64,000 bases of DNA, from assembly GCA_046563655.1 (NCBI GenBank), contig CM102287.1, positions 4,216,001-4,280,000 of the forward strand, read 5' to 3'. Of the stretch, positions 1-13,900 are shown in pieces. Source of the DNA: Yuukianura sp. NJ FZ-2021. Its lineage: Eukaryota. Both the position numbers and the translations under genes were made by a program. The notes beneath the pieces are model-generated. The model worked only from the letters and a program-made list of their open reading frames with translations. It was not told where the DNA came from and searched no databases. Every line of letters starts with the position of its first letter. The stretch's first letter is position 1.

Positions 1-3000
1 AACGCTGGACGAACTGGATGAAGAAGAGGATTACTTGATACCGAAAAACGGAGTTATTCAGAGTCTGACTGTGACGATACCGGAAGCATCGCTGGAAGAT
101 TTGAGAATATTTACGGAGTATTTCATCTGGGTGGTGGCGATTAACCCGAATGGACCGGGAACAAATTCGGACCAAGTTCGGGTTACGACACTTTCCGATG
201 CTCCGACCGATACGCCTCACAATGTCTCGGCTGAACCGGCATCGTCTACCGTAAGTTGACCAGTACCGTTTCGGTATTATATAAAGTGCTAAAAAGTTTT
301 TGAAATTTTTCATTTGAAATGAAATTTTGCTTTTTAGAGTATCGTAATCCACTGGGATCCTCCACCACTGGAATTCCGAAACGGAATTATAACTGGATAC
401 AAACTGAAGTATAAACAACGCGGACGGAAACGAGCTGAAACGCTGACGACCGATGGAAACAGTCGATCGCTGGCGCTGAATGACCTTGACAGAGGTGTGG
501 AGCATCAAATCAAAATCGCTGCGCTGAATGTCAATGGCACTGGGCCGTTTACAGAGTGGGTCAGTGCTACAACTTTTCCAAGAGATTTGGACGAATCACA
601 GGTTCCAGAAAAACCGAATTCCTTAACGGCTCAAGCCAATGCTGACAGCATCACCATCACGTGGTCTCCACCGCTGAATTCAAATCAAATGATTAGAGGT
701 TACACAATTGGTTGGGGTACGACATTTTGAAAGTACATTTTCAAAATTTTGAAAAATGGATTTTAATTTTTTCTTTTTGAATTCCAGGCAAAGGAATTCC
801 TGACGTCTACTCAAAAGTTGTTGACGGGAAGAAGCGATCGTACACCATAGAAAAACTGCAGCCGAATTTTGAGTACGTCATAAGCCTCCGAGCGTCAAAT
901 CAAGTCGGAGATGGAATTCCAATCTACGAAAATGTCCGAACACGAGAATCAGCGTTGGACGAAAGTGACGACGGCCACCATCCGCGGTTTCGCGGTCCAC
1001 AACTGGCCACTCCGACTGGACTTCGAGCCATCATCATTTCGTCCAGCTCAGCAGTACTTTCTTGGACAGATACTTCGTTAAGCAAAGGTCAAATCGTTAC
1101 TGACCGAAGACATTATACTGTTCGCTATGCTCCGACAGACATTCTCGGTCTATCCAGGACAAAACCAGCGTACAAGTACATCAATTCCACTGCTCTCAAC
1201 TTGATCATCAACAATTTAAAAGGAAACACAATGTATGAATTCAGCGTCAAAGTTTCAAAAAGTTGGTTTTCATCGGAGTGGAGTCTGGTTGTGCTGAATA
1301 AAACGCTGGCAGCATCTACTGCTGCTCCGCCGCTTCCAGATTCCAGCTCAGCGATGCCTACGACTCCGAGCGGACCAGGGTCACACACAAGTGCGCAAGA
1401 TTTGACCTTGTTGGCAGTTACAGGGTAAGATCAAAAATTAAAAATGAAGTTTTTAATTTTTGATTGAAATTTTCAAAATTTTGAACTTGAGGTCTGAACT
1501 TTGGTTTTTAGCACTGATGAAACTTCTACTGTAATTCTGAATTGGCAACCACCGAAACTGAGCAGAAGTGAAGACCTGCGTGGCTATATTATCTTTTACA
1601 CCACGAATCCTCAGAAAGAGTGGGTGCAAGAGGCTGTTCCGGACGATGCTTTGACGTATCAAGTGTCCAACTTGACCCCTGACACGAAGTACTTCTTTCG
1701 TATGGTGACACGACTTAATAAAAGTGTCAGTCCATATACTGAAACTAAGACCGTGGTCACACCAACTACAGCGTCAGCCAAAGGAAATCCAGGAATTGTT
1801 CCTGGTGGAAACGGAAAAATCTCAACAGGTTGAAATCTGATATTGATCTCTGTTATGATTACTTTGAAATCATGAGATAGTAGTCCGTTATGATTACAGT
1901 TTTTGAATTTTTAGTTTCGATTTTCCGATTACAAATGTAATTGAAATTCACTGCTAACGTTTCAGTTTTTTTTGATTTTTTCAGATCCGGCAGCCAAGAC
2001 GAATCAAATCATTCTGTACATTTTGATTGCCCTATCCGTGACCTTTGCCCTCGGAAGCGTTTTTCTTTGTGTTTACTACAGGAAAAAAGGGCTGGAGTCT
2101 TCGCCAAAACATGGATCTCTGAAGTTAGTTTCGCACATGTTTCTGACATAACTTTCAAAATTTTGGAAAAAAAAAAAGCTCGGAAGTAAAATATTTTTTG
2201 TTTTCGATTTTGAAGGAAAGCAAAGAAACAACAGGAATTGAAACCTCCAGATCTGTGGATTCATCATGACCAAATGGAATTGAAGGGAATTGACAAAGGC
2301 AGAAATTCAAGGGCCACGCCCCTGAGCCCTTCAAATGGTTCCTTTGAATTTGGTGACTTGGAGGAAAAAGTGCCCTTGCAGCATTCTACAAACTCCCTTG
2401 AGAGGGGGGCAACTTACATGTCATCCTATGCCGGTGAGTGTCAATTAAGTAATTAGGTTAGTTAATTACTGAAAGTAATTAGTAATTGCAGGGTAATTAC
2501 TTTGTATTTCTGTGTTGTCAGCATTTTCTGTAAAGTTATGCTCATTCATGTAGCTTTTTTGTAAGTGTGTGCTTATTTGTTTGTGTTTTGTCCATTTTTT
2601 CGCATGTTTTGTGTAACTCGTTGATGCTAAAAGAAAATCAAGTGCATCAGAGTCACTCGCTTGGCAGACGAAAACCGAAACCGATTCGGATACCGACGGA
2701 ACCGTTCGTTTCGGATAAGGCTGGAAGTAAGTTTTTGTGTCATCGCTGAATCGCTTGATGGAATGACGCTGAATTTTAGTTTAGCTTTGTAAATTGATAG
2801 ATTATGCATTTATTTTTAACATGTTTTGCTTTTTTTTTTAGATAAGCGAGGCAACCAAGCACAAAACTTGCAGTCGCTTCCCGGAATTGACGCAGGGACG
2901 AAAACGTACGACAGTTTTCAAAGCGGTTCGTCAACAGCATCAAGCCAAAATATCAACGCCGTGGGGCAGTACGCAAGTGCAGGCTCCGATTATGCAACGC

Positions 3001-3425
3001 AGTCCGGTGGCAGCAGCTTAGGAACGCTCGGTAGACGAACAAATTCGGGACTTCGCAGTTTTACAGTTCCCACCCCACCGACGACCCACCAACCACCGAA
3101 TATCGTCAGTATACCAGCCAATTCCAAAGTAATTAGACCCACCACGACCGGTGGGCCCCACCATCTTGCCTCTACGTCCGGTTCACCCGTCCGAAGAATC
3201 TCAGCCTCACAGTTTCCCATGTCCCCGCCTGGTGGGTACAACCACCTTGGTGGCTCTATGTCTCCTGGCATGAGCCCCACTTCCGGTGGGACTTCAGCTT
3301 CCGGTGGGCCAGCGTCGCCACTCCACAAGTCCTACAGCACGGAGGACCTCTCTCAAGAGATCTCAAACCTTGAAGGGTTAATGAAGGACTTGAATGCAAT
3401 TACTGCCAGTGAATTTCAGTGTTAA
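1..3425 (+). CDS. fra: Frazzled/neogenin/DCC netrin receptor, 3' part (FN3 domains, TM, P1 and P3 motifs); 5' end lies outside the window
   Basis: GT-AG exons 1-250, 338-716, 788-1424, 1512-1828, 1985-2123, 2216-2433, 2634-2726 and 2842-3425 join in frame. They encode FN3 repeats (WDPP..NGIITGYKLKY; GYTIGWGKGIPD), a TM segment IILYILIALSVTFALGSVFLCVYY, the P1 motif KPPDLWIHHDQMELK and the P3 motif EISNLEGLMKDLNAIT. Confidence 0.95.
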
Positions 3426-3429
3426 GATA

Positions 3430-3610
3430 GGTTCCATGTAATTTGGTCAAAAGCAATTTGGTCAACAAGTGAAAAGGTCAAAAAGTGAACAGGTCAAAAA
3501 GTGAAAACATCTAACGTAAGAAATGCTAGCCTAGCCAAACCTAACTTTACTATTTGTAATGGTTGATTTTCACTTTTTGATCAAATTATTTTGACCATTT
3601 CACCTGCTAC
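3430..3610. mobile_element. Mutator-like foldback MITE (degenerate)
   Basis: A 9-bp direct repeat GTTAAGATA lies at 3421-3429 and 3611-3619. Imperfect inverted arms (TGGTCAAAAGCAATTTGGTCAACAAGTGAAA vs the reverse complement of TTTCACTTTTTGATCAAATTATTTTGACCA) surround a CCTAGCCAAACCTAAC core. Confidence 0.7.
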
Positions 3611-6043
3611 GTTAAGATACTTCCAAGTATTAGTTTTTTGAAATTTTCAAATTTTGAAGAAATTTTTATTTAGAATTGAAAATTTTATTTAGAACAAAAC
3701 TCGGTTGATTTTTTAGGCTTTAAAAACTTGTACAAAGACTCCCGCCCCCTAGAGACTGATACTGAGTTTTTAGAACAAGCTTTTTTCTAAGCAGCTTATG
3801 GAATTAGTGCAACTTTTTAGCTCAACCTGCTTGTACAATTTAGAATTTTAGAATTTCATTTTTTAGAATGTTAAAATTTTAGAATTTTTAAAAATTTATT
3901 GCTCTCTTGCATTGTTGTGTTCAAAATTTTGAAAAAAAAACTCATCCTGCCTACAACTGTCAGAGCAGAGTCATAAAAATGCCAAACTTGTTTGTAAATG
4001 TTCCTCTTTTTACACTAACATTTTTCTACCCTGTTTTTCTACTACTCTTAATCGTTGTTAAAACTGTAAATGTTTTTAAAATTTCAAAAAAACATCACAA
4101 ATTTTGAAACCAGAGTTTCGATTTTTCAAAATTTGAAAAAGGCTAGGCTTCTGTGTGAATAATAAATCGGGTTCCTGCCAAAAATGAAAAAATTCGACAA
4201 TTTTTTAGATTCTGTGTTATGAATTCATATGATTTGGGGTTCAAAATTTTGAACCAAGTTTCAAAATTTTGAAAACTGTTTCTTAACTTATGATTTCAAT
4301 TCTGTTTTTTGTTCTAGCTTTGTGGCGACAGACAGTCGATTCTGGATCCGGCCGCCCTAGGTGGAATTCTTGACTTTTACTTTTGCAAAAGTTTTAAGAA
4401 GCCACTAGGCTTCCGTATTCTCACTTTTCAATGCAATTCACACTCTCGTCAAGCAACTTTTTTTTGTGTCGTGCAATTGCTGCGGAGCGTTGGTTTGTGC
4501 AAAAAAACAGACACTGGAATGCAATTCGGCAACAATTTTGGAAGGGAGGAAAAAAGACAAAGAAAATGTCTCATCTGTTACGTAAACATTCGATGGTGTG
4601 AAAAGTGTAGCAGAAGTGACTCAAACTTTGTTTAAAACAAAAAAAATTGTTACGCGCGAAAAGCGCGAAAATAAATTTTCACGTCCTTATCAAAAATTTT
4701 ATAAGGAAGAATCCGTTTTGCAATATGTAATAAAAGAAGCTAAGGCTTTTAGATGCTTTCGAAAGCTTGAAACATGCTGTATAAACGCTATTGAAAATTT
4801 ATGTTTTTGGAAATTCTTGAAACGCCAAAGATTTTCCCAGTCTTTCTCATGAATTTTGAAGGATTTCCCGGTTTTTTTCTCAACCTCGGCGATTTTGAAG
4901 AAATCTTGGCTGGGGCAGGTGAAAATCGTTATTTGTGAGTTTATGAAATTGGAAATTTTGAAAATCAAATTTGAAAATTTGAAAAGTGAAATTTGAAATT
5001 TATACAGTGGTGATTGTTAAGTTCCTGGTAAGGAGAAAAAAGGCAAGGACGGAGACCGCGGCGCCAGGAGAGGAGCAAGGTCGAGGTGGCGCCGGCTTGG
5101 CCAAACGTGCAAAAAAATTTACTTTTTGTGTATGTGAGTCCATTATTGCATGAAAGAATTAAAGTGGGAAGATCAGAACGTTCTCAGAGAACACTCAGTT
5201 CCTATTCTCTCTTCTTACTGAAAACTGTACAACTTACAACTTTTTTCAAAATTTTGAAAAATATTGAAATAAGTTGTTTAGTAAGACTTAGTTCGACATT
5301 CTCAAATTCCGGAAAAAATCAAACATGAAAAGAGAAAAGTTATTTCATCCGCTTCTGTTTTAAAAAATACTTCGATCAGGTGAACTTTTTTTTCATTTTA
5401 CTTTTTGTTAAAGTTTTAAAATTCAAAAACAACTTTCAAAATTCTTTTTTTTTAATTTTAAAATTTTTTGTAGAAACGCGGGAGAGGCTGATGGCTCATC
5501 AAAGAGTTTAGAATTTCAGCGCCTCAAAAAGCGGCGTCCTTTATAAATTTTTTTTGTGTTTAAAATTTTTTCTTGATTTTTGTACAAAGTTGCACAAGAG
5601 TTAAGTTTATTACTTGCATCTGATACGAGAAAACATATCGGCCGGTGACCTTTGACCTCTTAGCGAAATCGTGACCTCGTGACCTTTGACCTCTTGTGCC
5701 AATTGTACATCAGCTTTGGACAGGATTTCTTGGAAGTCAGAATTCTCGCGAAGTCTCAATTGACAGGTACCCTTCTTCTGTGCAAAATTCTTGAGAAGCG
5801 ACGCTTTTCAGTATTGACAAGTGAGCAATTGATGTGAAATTCCCATGAAGTGAATTCTATTGACAGGTAGAATTTGTGCAAATTATTTGCACAGTTTTTG
5901 CACATTCATCGTCATTCACGTATTTGTAAGGAGTCTAAAAACATTCATTTTGTGCCAAGTTCCAACTAAACCATGTGAGATCCTAAATCCGGGTTGACGT
6001 CTCTCCGCGTCTTTCTCAAAACAACTCTTCTCTTGTTCCTCTC

Positions 6044-6449
6044 CAGTGTTGCTGGATGCTTAAACGTCCAGTGGCTTAATTGCCACTTCCACTGGATATC
6101 CAGTGGATGAAATGGGGTCCTACTGGACGGTGGATGGAAGAAATCAGCTGCGCTCAGAAAATAAGCGCAAATTTCAAATAACTTTACATTATAAATTATA
6201 AAATAATGACCTAAATATTAATTATTTAATTACATTAAATTAAATTCCTTAACGCAATTTTCCGTTTTTTTCGGAGCTTATTTGAATTTATTCCATTTGT
6301 TAAGTTTCAAACAATTCAAAAACCGCTGCTGTAACTCCACCCTTTTGGGTCTAGCTCCACCCTTTTGGATTCATCCATTTCGTCCATTTCTTCCACTGGA
6401 TATCCAGCCGTGGATGAAATGTCAAAAAAGTGGATATCCAGCAACACTG
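6044..6449. mobile_element. Non-autonomous hAT-type element (MITE)
   Basis: Perfect 14-bp TIR CAGTGTTGCTGGAT...ATCCAGCAACACTG; 8-bp TSD TTCCTCTC (6036-6043, 6450-6457); subterminal TGGATATCCA repeats. Confidence 0.9.
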
Positions 6450-7521
6450 TTCCTCTCTCAACAAAACAAGTTTTCGCATTTTTTATCATTTTGAAAAACA
6501 CTTTTTCAATTTTGAAAATAAAAAGTTTGTTTTTATTTCTGCAGCTCCCTTCGGGATCAGTTGAAAACTGGACCAGGATTTAAGGCGTTTCTGTTGTGAA
6601 TTGAAGCGAAAACGGAAATTTCCATTTTTGAAGGTTAGTCTTTGGATAAATGTCCTTTTTTGCGAGTTTGCAAAAATATGCGAATTTTTTGCGAATCCAA
6701 GTGCAACATCCTCTACAAACCGGAGATCCGTCTTCTGTGGAATTCCTGAATTTATTTCTTTGTTTTCTTTAATTATTAACAAACGCGTCTGTTTAAACTA
6801 ATTAATTTGCAGACACAAACAAAAATTGCGAAAAAAAAATTGGCAAATCCTGGTTTTGCAAAATTCGCACAAACGATTACAATCTAAACTCAAAACGTAA
6901 TCGTTTAGACTATTGTACTTTGTGAATTTCAGTTGGCGTCTCTGTACATCAAACACCTTGAATCACGTTCAACAACATTTGTACCGGTTCGCATTTTCCG
7001 CTTATACTGTTCCGAACCTACTTGGATTTTGTTCGGTATCAACTCGGTTTCCAACACATCACGTTTGCGTTTCACGGTTTGTCGAAATAGCCTCTCCTAG
7101 GCTTTGTCTTGCAATTTTTTTAAAAAATGAGACTGAGTTTACGAGAGGCATTCTTTGCACGACCGTTTGGACCATCCCGTACATCTTCCTTACAAAATTT
7201 CAAATTCGGTGACCTTTGACCTCGGCCAAGCAAAGGTCATCGTCATCTTAAAAGCTTGAATCTGATTGGCTAATCTGTCGCCTTATTAGCATCAACTACC
7301 GGTACGAGAAACTTGGTACGTTTGGTTTACAATCATAATTTTATTTCTATTCTTACAATTGACATTGAACTTTCTCGTTCATTTTTTGATTTTTATAAAA
7401 ATGTTTTCAAAATTTAGATTTTTACACAAAAATGAAATGTTTTGTGTCAGTTCTCGATTTTTCTCATGTCCATCCAATAAATTATGATCTACCCTTCAAG
7501 TCTTCAGTGTTCTGAACAAGA

Positions 7522-10500
7522 TTACTCTTTGTAAACGGTGTAGAATGGCCTTGACCTGCTTGACCTTCTCCTTTGACCCCCATGTCGTCTAGTCCTATGT
7601 ACACTTTGAACAGGTCGAGAGTTAATGTACTGGTCCAGAAAGTGATTGACGAAGGAAGGAGGAGCAGGGACGTATGAGGGATATACTTCCTGGGGTGCCA
7701 TTCGCATGCCCTGGGGGAACCGTGACCTTGAACGACCTCGGCTGGGGGGAGGGGTCAAGTAGGGGGAGGGATTGTCTTCGTCTTCAGAAACAAGTGAAAT
7801 GTATTCAGGGGTGTGATGGGGGTGAGAATCTGGGGAGGGGGAGAGGTCACCCCTGGGGAGGTCAAAGGTCATTGACCTTGACCTCTGTTGTTGGTGTTGT
7901 TGTTGTTGTGTATGATCCTGTTGTTCCTGTTGGAAAGGAGGCTGGTAAGATTGTGAAGGAGTGAAGGTCATTGACCTCCGAGGAGGGGGCGGAGTATAAG
8001 TGGGCGTGTGGGGCTGCGGATAATTTTGGCCGTATCGTTCCGTCACTTGTTCCGGTTCGACTTCTTCAAATGCCATGTACTCTAAATCCAAAAATTGAAA
8101 ATTGAAAAAATGTTATCAAAAATTTCAAAACAAGATATATTTTTACCGTACCGTCTAGAATGGGTTGCTGTGTCGTCGATTTGGGTTCGGTTCGGAACCG
8201 CATTCGTTGTTTCTCGGCTTGTGCCGAAACTGTTTCCAGTGGGAGTCTTGTATCGGTATCGAACGTCGGAAATCTTCTGTTGAGGCCATCAAAAGTTGAT
8301 TCAAACGGCGACATTGGTGGCTCTGAAGTGGTCGTTGTTGTCGCCAAGCTCGTGGTCTCCTTTTCCGTTGTCAATGGAATCAGCATGTGAGCATTCTTGA
8401 CAAAAGATGGGCGTGGCTTGTTATGATAAGGAATGCGCAGAGAAGTTAGAGTTGGTGCTTCAAGGGCTTCGTTAATTTTTTGATGTTCAATGCCCGGAGC
8501 TCGTCTTCTGTCTTCTACGTGAGCGCTTTCTTGACGCTGCTGGAGCTGAAACCGCCGTGAGCTGAGTAAATTTCGCGCCGTGGAAGTCGCGGTGACAACT
8601 TCCGGTTTTATAGTGGTCGTGGTGTCGTCATAATCTTCGTATTCGTATTCATATTGCGGTTCTGTTGGAGGCGGAGCCTGAGTTGTCAACGGTGTTGTGA
8701 ACTGTGTTCTGAACTGCGTTGTGAACGGTGTTGTCAACGGCGTTGTGACTGTTGAACTCCGAGTCCCGGAAGATGGCGTTGGAGGGTAACTTAAAATAAC
8801 GTTATTTCTGTAAGTTGTAGGTGGCTCCACTTCGTCTTCATAGTATTCATCATAATCCTGTTGTGGTGGCACCGTTGGTGGGATTGTAGGTGGGGCAGTA
8901 GTTGTTGGTGGGGCCCTTGTCGTTGTAGTTGTTGTGGTAGTTGTCACAATTGCATCTTGTTTTCTTCCTTGGAGGGCTCCGTACTTTAACTTTTCGTGAA
9001 TCGGCACTGGCGGCCGAATTTTCGGCGGCGCACGACTCTTCGAAAATATTTTGTCGCGATTTGACAGTGGCTCCAACGGTGCATCACCTGATTGGTTCCC
9101 CTCGACGTTGCTGATTGGTGGAGTCGGTTCCACGGCTTTGATTGGTGGAGCCTGTTGCACCGCTTTGGCTCTGGATACTGGCGATCTCGTACTCGCTCCA
9201 AGTCTACTTTCAAAGTCTTCCTTAACCTTTGACCGTTGACCTTTCTTAGCTGGTGCGACTTTTTCAAGGTCATCAGCTGACCCTCCACTGTCATAGTCTT
9301 CGTAGTCGTCATATTCTCTATCTCTGTCACGAAATTTCGGTTTTTTGGGACGATCTGTGTCGTAGTAGTCGTCATAGTCGTAGTAGTCGTAATACTCCGG
9401 CCGAGGCCTAGGACGGCGACATCTTCTGCGACGACCTGGACCACACCTACGACGATTTCGACGTCGTTTGGGCCGAATCGGATAATCCACGTCGGTTTCT
9501 TCGTAATCCCGATCTTTTACATCTTTTACCGAATCTTCTTCGGCATGTTTTGGAGCCTGTGTCGCAACTGGCTGCTCTTCGGTCCGCACTGCTTTAGTCC
9601 TCTGGGGAAACGGTGAAGGTCTAATTCGACGTCCGCTGGGACCAACGTAGATGACCACTGGAGCTACAGTTGTAGTTGACGCTGATTTGTACAGAGCATC
9701 GTTCCTAATTACAAAATAGTAATTAGATTTTGAGGTAATTACTTCGTAATTACTTGAATTACATGAATTACCTGTGAAAAAATAGAGCTGAATTTGGACA
9801 ATCGACTTCAGACACAAATTGACAAATGAAAGTGCGTTGGTCAAAGGCAGTGTAATTGGCACACAGGAAATCATAACGGGTTCCAAAGAGGCAGTGATGG
9901 TACAACTGAAAAAAAATTCGAAAAATGAGTTTCAAAAATTTCAGAAAACTATTTTCAAAAATTTCGGACTAAAAATTTCATCCATTTTGTTCAAAAATCA
10001 AGCTTTCTTTTCCTTGTAGTACGAATTGGCAAAGTTGTTCTGTCTACTTTTTTGCGAATTCTTTGAAGATGAAGATGATGTAAAAAGTAAAAGTGACTTT
10101 AATTACAACTTTATGCACAAAACAAAATCAAAATCTTCTTCATCATACTCATCATCATCATCGTCATCATCATCATCTTCATCCTGTTGAGTAAAAGTCT
10201 TATGCATTGTGTGACGTGACGACAGGTCAAGTTGATGCGTCTCAAAAAAATTCATAACAAAAAGCCTCCGTAACGTCGTTACGCTTTTGAATTTGAAAAA
10301 TGGAGCGCGCTTTGAAGCGAATCCAACTTCTGAGTATCTTTTGTCATCTTTGTCACAAACTTAAAAGAGTGTCATCCTCTCCATTGTGTCGTGTTTAAAT
10401 AGCAACGCTGCAAACATTTTCAGTTGTGGTCAATGACCTGTGGTCAAAATTTCAAAAATTTTGGAAATTTTTGAACTTTCAAAATTCACCCGAAGCTTGA

Positions 10501-10912
10501 AATATGTTGGGTAGCTTGAAATATCACTAGCATTTTTTTTTCGGAGAACTATTTATTCAAACATTTTCAAATTTTGTTCTACGCAGGTCATTGACCTTTG
10601 ACCTTTGACCGCTCACCTGACATTTGTGTTCTACACTAGCATAGAACCCGTCCTTGAGTCCATCACATGAAAAGTTAATGTTTTTTGGAATTTTGTTGAA
10701 GAATGGATACGTTGACAAGTTGTAGCCATTGAGTTCTCTTGGTAGATTCGGATCATGGACGTAGTCGATTTGTGGAATACCGGTCAAAGTGTAGTTTCGT
10801 TTCACGGTACCGTTGATGACGTTCCATTCTTCCGGTTCTCCGGTACCGGTACCACTTTTCGTCTCAGTTCCTTTGTCTGCTTCTCCACTAGCAAAGTTCG
10901 GTGGATCCAACC
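7522..10912 (-). CDS. Chitin-binding type-2 (CBM14) protein with long mucin-like, Tyr/Asp- and Arg-rich tail (CPAP1/peritrophin-like); 5' exon(s) unresolved
   Basis: Exons about 10912-10617, 9905-9772, 9704-8152 and 8081-7522 splice in frame. Six-Cys domain: FSCDGLKDGFYASVEHKCQ|LYHHCLFGTRYDFLCANYTAFDQRTFICQFVSEVDC. A possible extra upstream exon lies near 11028-10972. No signal-peptide exon was identified. Confidence 0.85.
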
Positions 10913-13900
10913 CTGAAATTCCAAAAAATGTGAATTTGCAAAAATCAAAATTTGCAAACTTGCAAAAATACTTCCGCCTTTGCCCAGCCTATAATTTGCG
11001 GATCTACTCATGCGTATACTCATCCGGTCTTAATTAATCAACGTGTTAATCTCTAAAGCACGTGCCTCAAGCTACACTTTTTAATTTTGTGCGAATTGGC
11101 TAAGCATGAGTGAAGTTTAAGGGAAAATTAGGAAGGGCCCTTGAAGGGAAGGAAAAGTAAAGCCAAGGACCCCCCAGGGGCCCTTAATTACTGGTGTGAA
11201 ATCCCTTAATTAAGGTGTGAAATTGTGATTTTAACCTACAGCTTGTACAGGAAAGTAAAACTTCAGGAAAAGATTTCTTTAACCTCGGAAAAGGTTTTTG
11301 TTTTGATTTTTGGAGCCTTGAAGGGACGCTATTTTTAGACAATAAGAAAAAAAGGCACTTAAGCGATCTAAGGGAGAGTTTTTGGCATTGAAGGGATTTT
11401 CAAAATTTTGAAAGGGAAGGTGAAAATGACCTTTAAGAAATTTTCACTTTTTCGAGATGTAAACAAACATTTCACTTTCGATTTCAAATCAGATTTCGAA
11501 AAATGAAACACGAAATGAGTGAAATCAAAATAAACTGGAATGTGTTGGACAAATTTTGAAACTAAATATTTATTTTTTGTAGATGTTTGTAATGAATCAA
11601 AATTTTGAGTTTTTACCAAAATTGAGCAGAAGAAGAATCCAAATTGGCAACCAGAAATCCATGATTTTGCAAAAATTGTTCAGCAATTCGGTCCTCTGCG
11701 TGAAGTAATCCAGATTTCCAAAAAGAATGCAAAAAAAATGGAAAAATTGAGTTAATCGCAAATTTAATTCTGCTATGCACATAATTGCTGTGCAAATTTG
11801 CCATTTTGCTAATTGCACCTTCCGCCTTGTTCTAATTTTAGCAAACCAGCCACACCCTCGATGGCCTCCACTTTGCTCAATTGCAATTCCTTATTTTCGC
11901 TCGATTTGCAAATTTGCAAAAATGTCATTTAATGTCTAGCCGCTGCTGTTGTAGTTGTTGTTATTGTTGAAATTAGGGAAAGTTTCGTTTTGTTGGTGCC
12001 TGCTTCTGAGCATCGCGCATGCGGCTGAGCTGTGCCAAATTGTTGCAAAAATTTCATTCTTAACAGAGTTGCACTAATCACCATTTCCAACGTGCAAAAT
12101 TCTTGTACAAATTTCAAATTTACATACTAAACAACTAACCACCCTATAACATAACAAAATCAACTTTAAAAGTTACACCTCACAAGTGCCTCTGTAATGC
12201 CTGTTACATTACGTGTGAAATGTTTCGTCACTCTGAGCTAATATTTGCAAAGTGCTTTTCAATTTGAATTCGAAAATTTTGTAAAATTTTGAAAAATATT
12301 TCAACCAAATAATTTTTTTTATTAAAATTTTTAGTAATGTATATGGTGGGTTAGGTATTTCACCTTCTCCCACTCGCAAAAAAGTTTTAAAAAAAAATCT
12401 GTCAAAAAATCAGGAACTGGAATTTTTTTTTCAAAAATGGAATTTTTTATGTTGAAAGGAAATTTGCAATTAGCGTGATTAATTTGGCTTCAAATTTGGG
12501 TCGAAATGGAAAAAAAGCTTGTTGGATTTATTAGTTCGTAAATTGCAAATCGTAAATCTTAAAAGCAAGGAAAAACTCTTCAGAGATTTTTGTTGAAAAT
12601 CGTATAAAGAATTTTTGCACCTTGAGTGATTACAGAGATTGATTAGTACGAAGGAAGTCGGTAGGCAACAATGAAATTTTTTCTTTTACAGTGATCCGCT
12701 CTAGTGATTTGCTCAAACAGTTTTGAGTCGAAGTCAAATCACTGCTCTGCTAAATTTGATTTCTCATATGAAAAATAATAAGATTTCATTTCGATTTCAT
12801 GTGGAGTTGCAGGAACACACTTCAACCTGAACCCCATTTCTTCCTTGTGGGTTTCCAAAAGTGAATTCAACCAAAAAAATACTGTGGGGAACGTTTTTTT
12901 GAAAGGGTTTAAAATTTCCACTAAAAACTCTGATTTGTGAAAGTTTTTGGTTTTATATTGTGAAATTTTAAGACTTTTCAATTTTAACGTTTCAATTTTT
13001 TTCAGTTTTATCAATTTTGCCGAAAGTTGCGTAAACTCTCTCCCCATAGTTTTTAAAATTCTTCGCTGCCACTGGCCACTTTTATGCTTGTTTTAAAAAC
13101 TAAATTTAAGCAAAACGCTTCATAACTGGAGCAAAACGCAACAAAATAAATTCCTGAAATTAATTAATTTAAATTCAAATAAAAATTAGAACTAAATCAA
13201 ATTTCGAAATTACAAAAACAATTTTTTGAAAATCAACCTTATCTCTTCAGCCCAAGTCCAACCAAAATTTTGAGAGTCGGTGACATTGGTTTAAATTTTT
13301 TCACTTCCCTTCCATTATGGAGTCTCACAAAACACTTCCTGGATGAAGGGTGGAAGAGGGAGGGGGTGACTTTTTGCACACTTTTTTTTAACTATAATTA
13401 AGACACTTTTGACCCAATTTAAACTTTAGTAATTCACTACTTATTTCACGTCACTTTTCCACAGAAGTTACAATATTTTGAAAGGAAGAGCAAAAGCAAG
13501 AGTGTTTCTCTGCCAAACCACAAGCACCCACTCCTAACTCCTCCAAAGTGATCTTGCACTGATGCAGATATTGCAGAAGAAGGCAGTGGAGTAGGGGAGA
13601 GGGAGGGGTTATCCCCCCATACTAAGGGGGCTATTTGGGGGTGGGGAGTTTATATGCACTTTTACACTAAGGATTTATATGGGGGGATGAAACGGGGGCG
13701 GGGGATGTTGAATGCCTTGGACTCTGTCTTAAACTGCTCAGTTGCTCCCTTTGTTTTTTTGGTAACTTTGCTATTCCTTGAAGGCAAAAATCCTTTCCCT
13801 TTCAATTGTTGCACGAATGCAACAGTGCAGAGTCCTTACGACAGTTGTGAAGGGAGTAACTATAGCTTGGACGTGCACTTGTACTTCAAATGAAACTGAA

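Noticed and set aside
4340..4370. Cluster of restriction-site palindromes (GGATCC, CGGCCG, CCTAGG, GAATTC) suggesting vector or linker contamination
   Set aside because: It is very short, matches no polylinker order I recognise, and has normal genomic flanks.
13237..13316. Minus-strand ATG exon as the coding start of the long CBM14 gene
   Set aside because: Both ATGs reach in-frame stops before the donor site, so it is at most a 5' UTR exon with uORFs.
13585..13705. G-rich tract with G-quadruplex potential between two CBM14 genes
   Set aside because: It is a plausible promoter-proximal sequence, but the transcription start is not established and such tracts are common.
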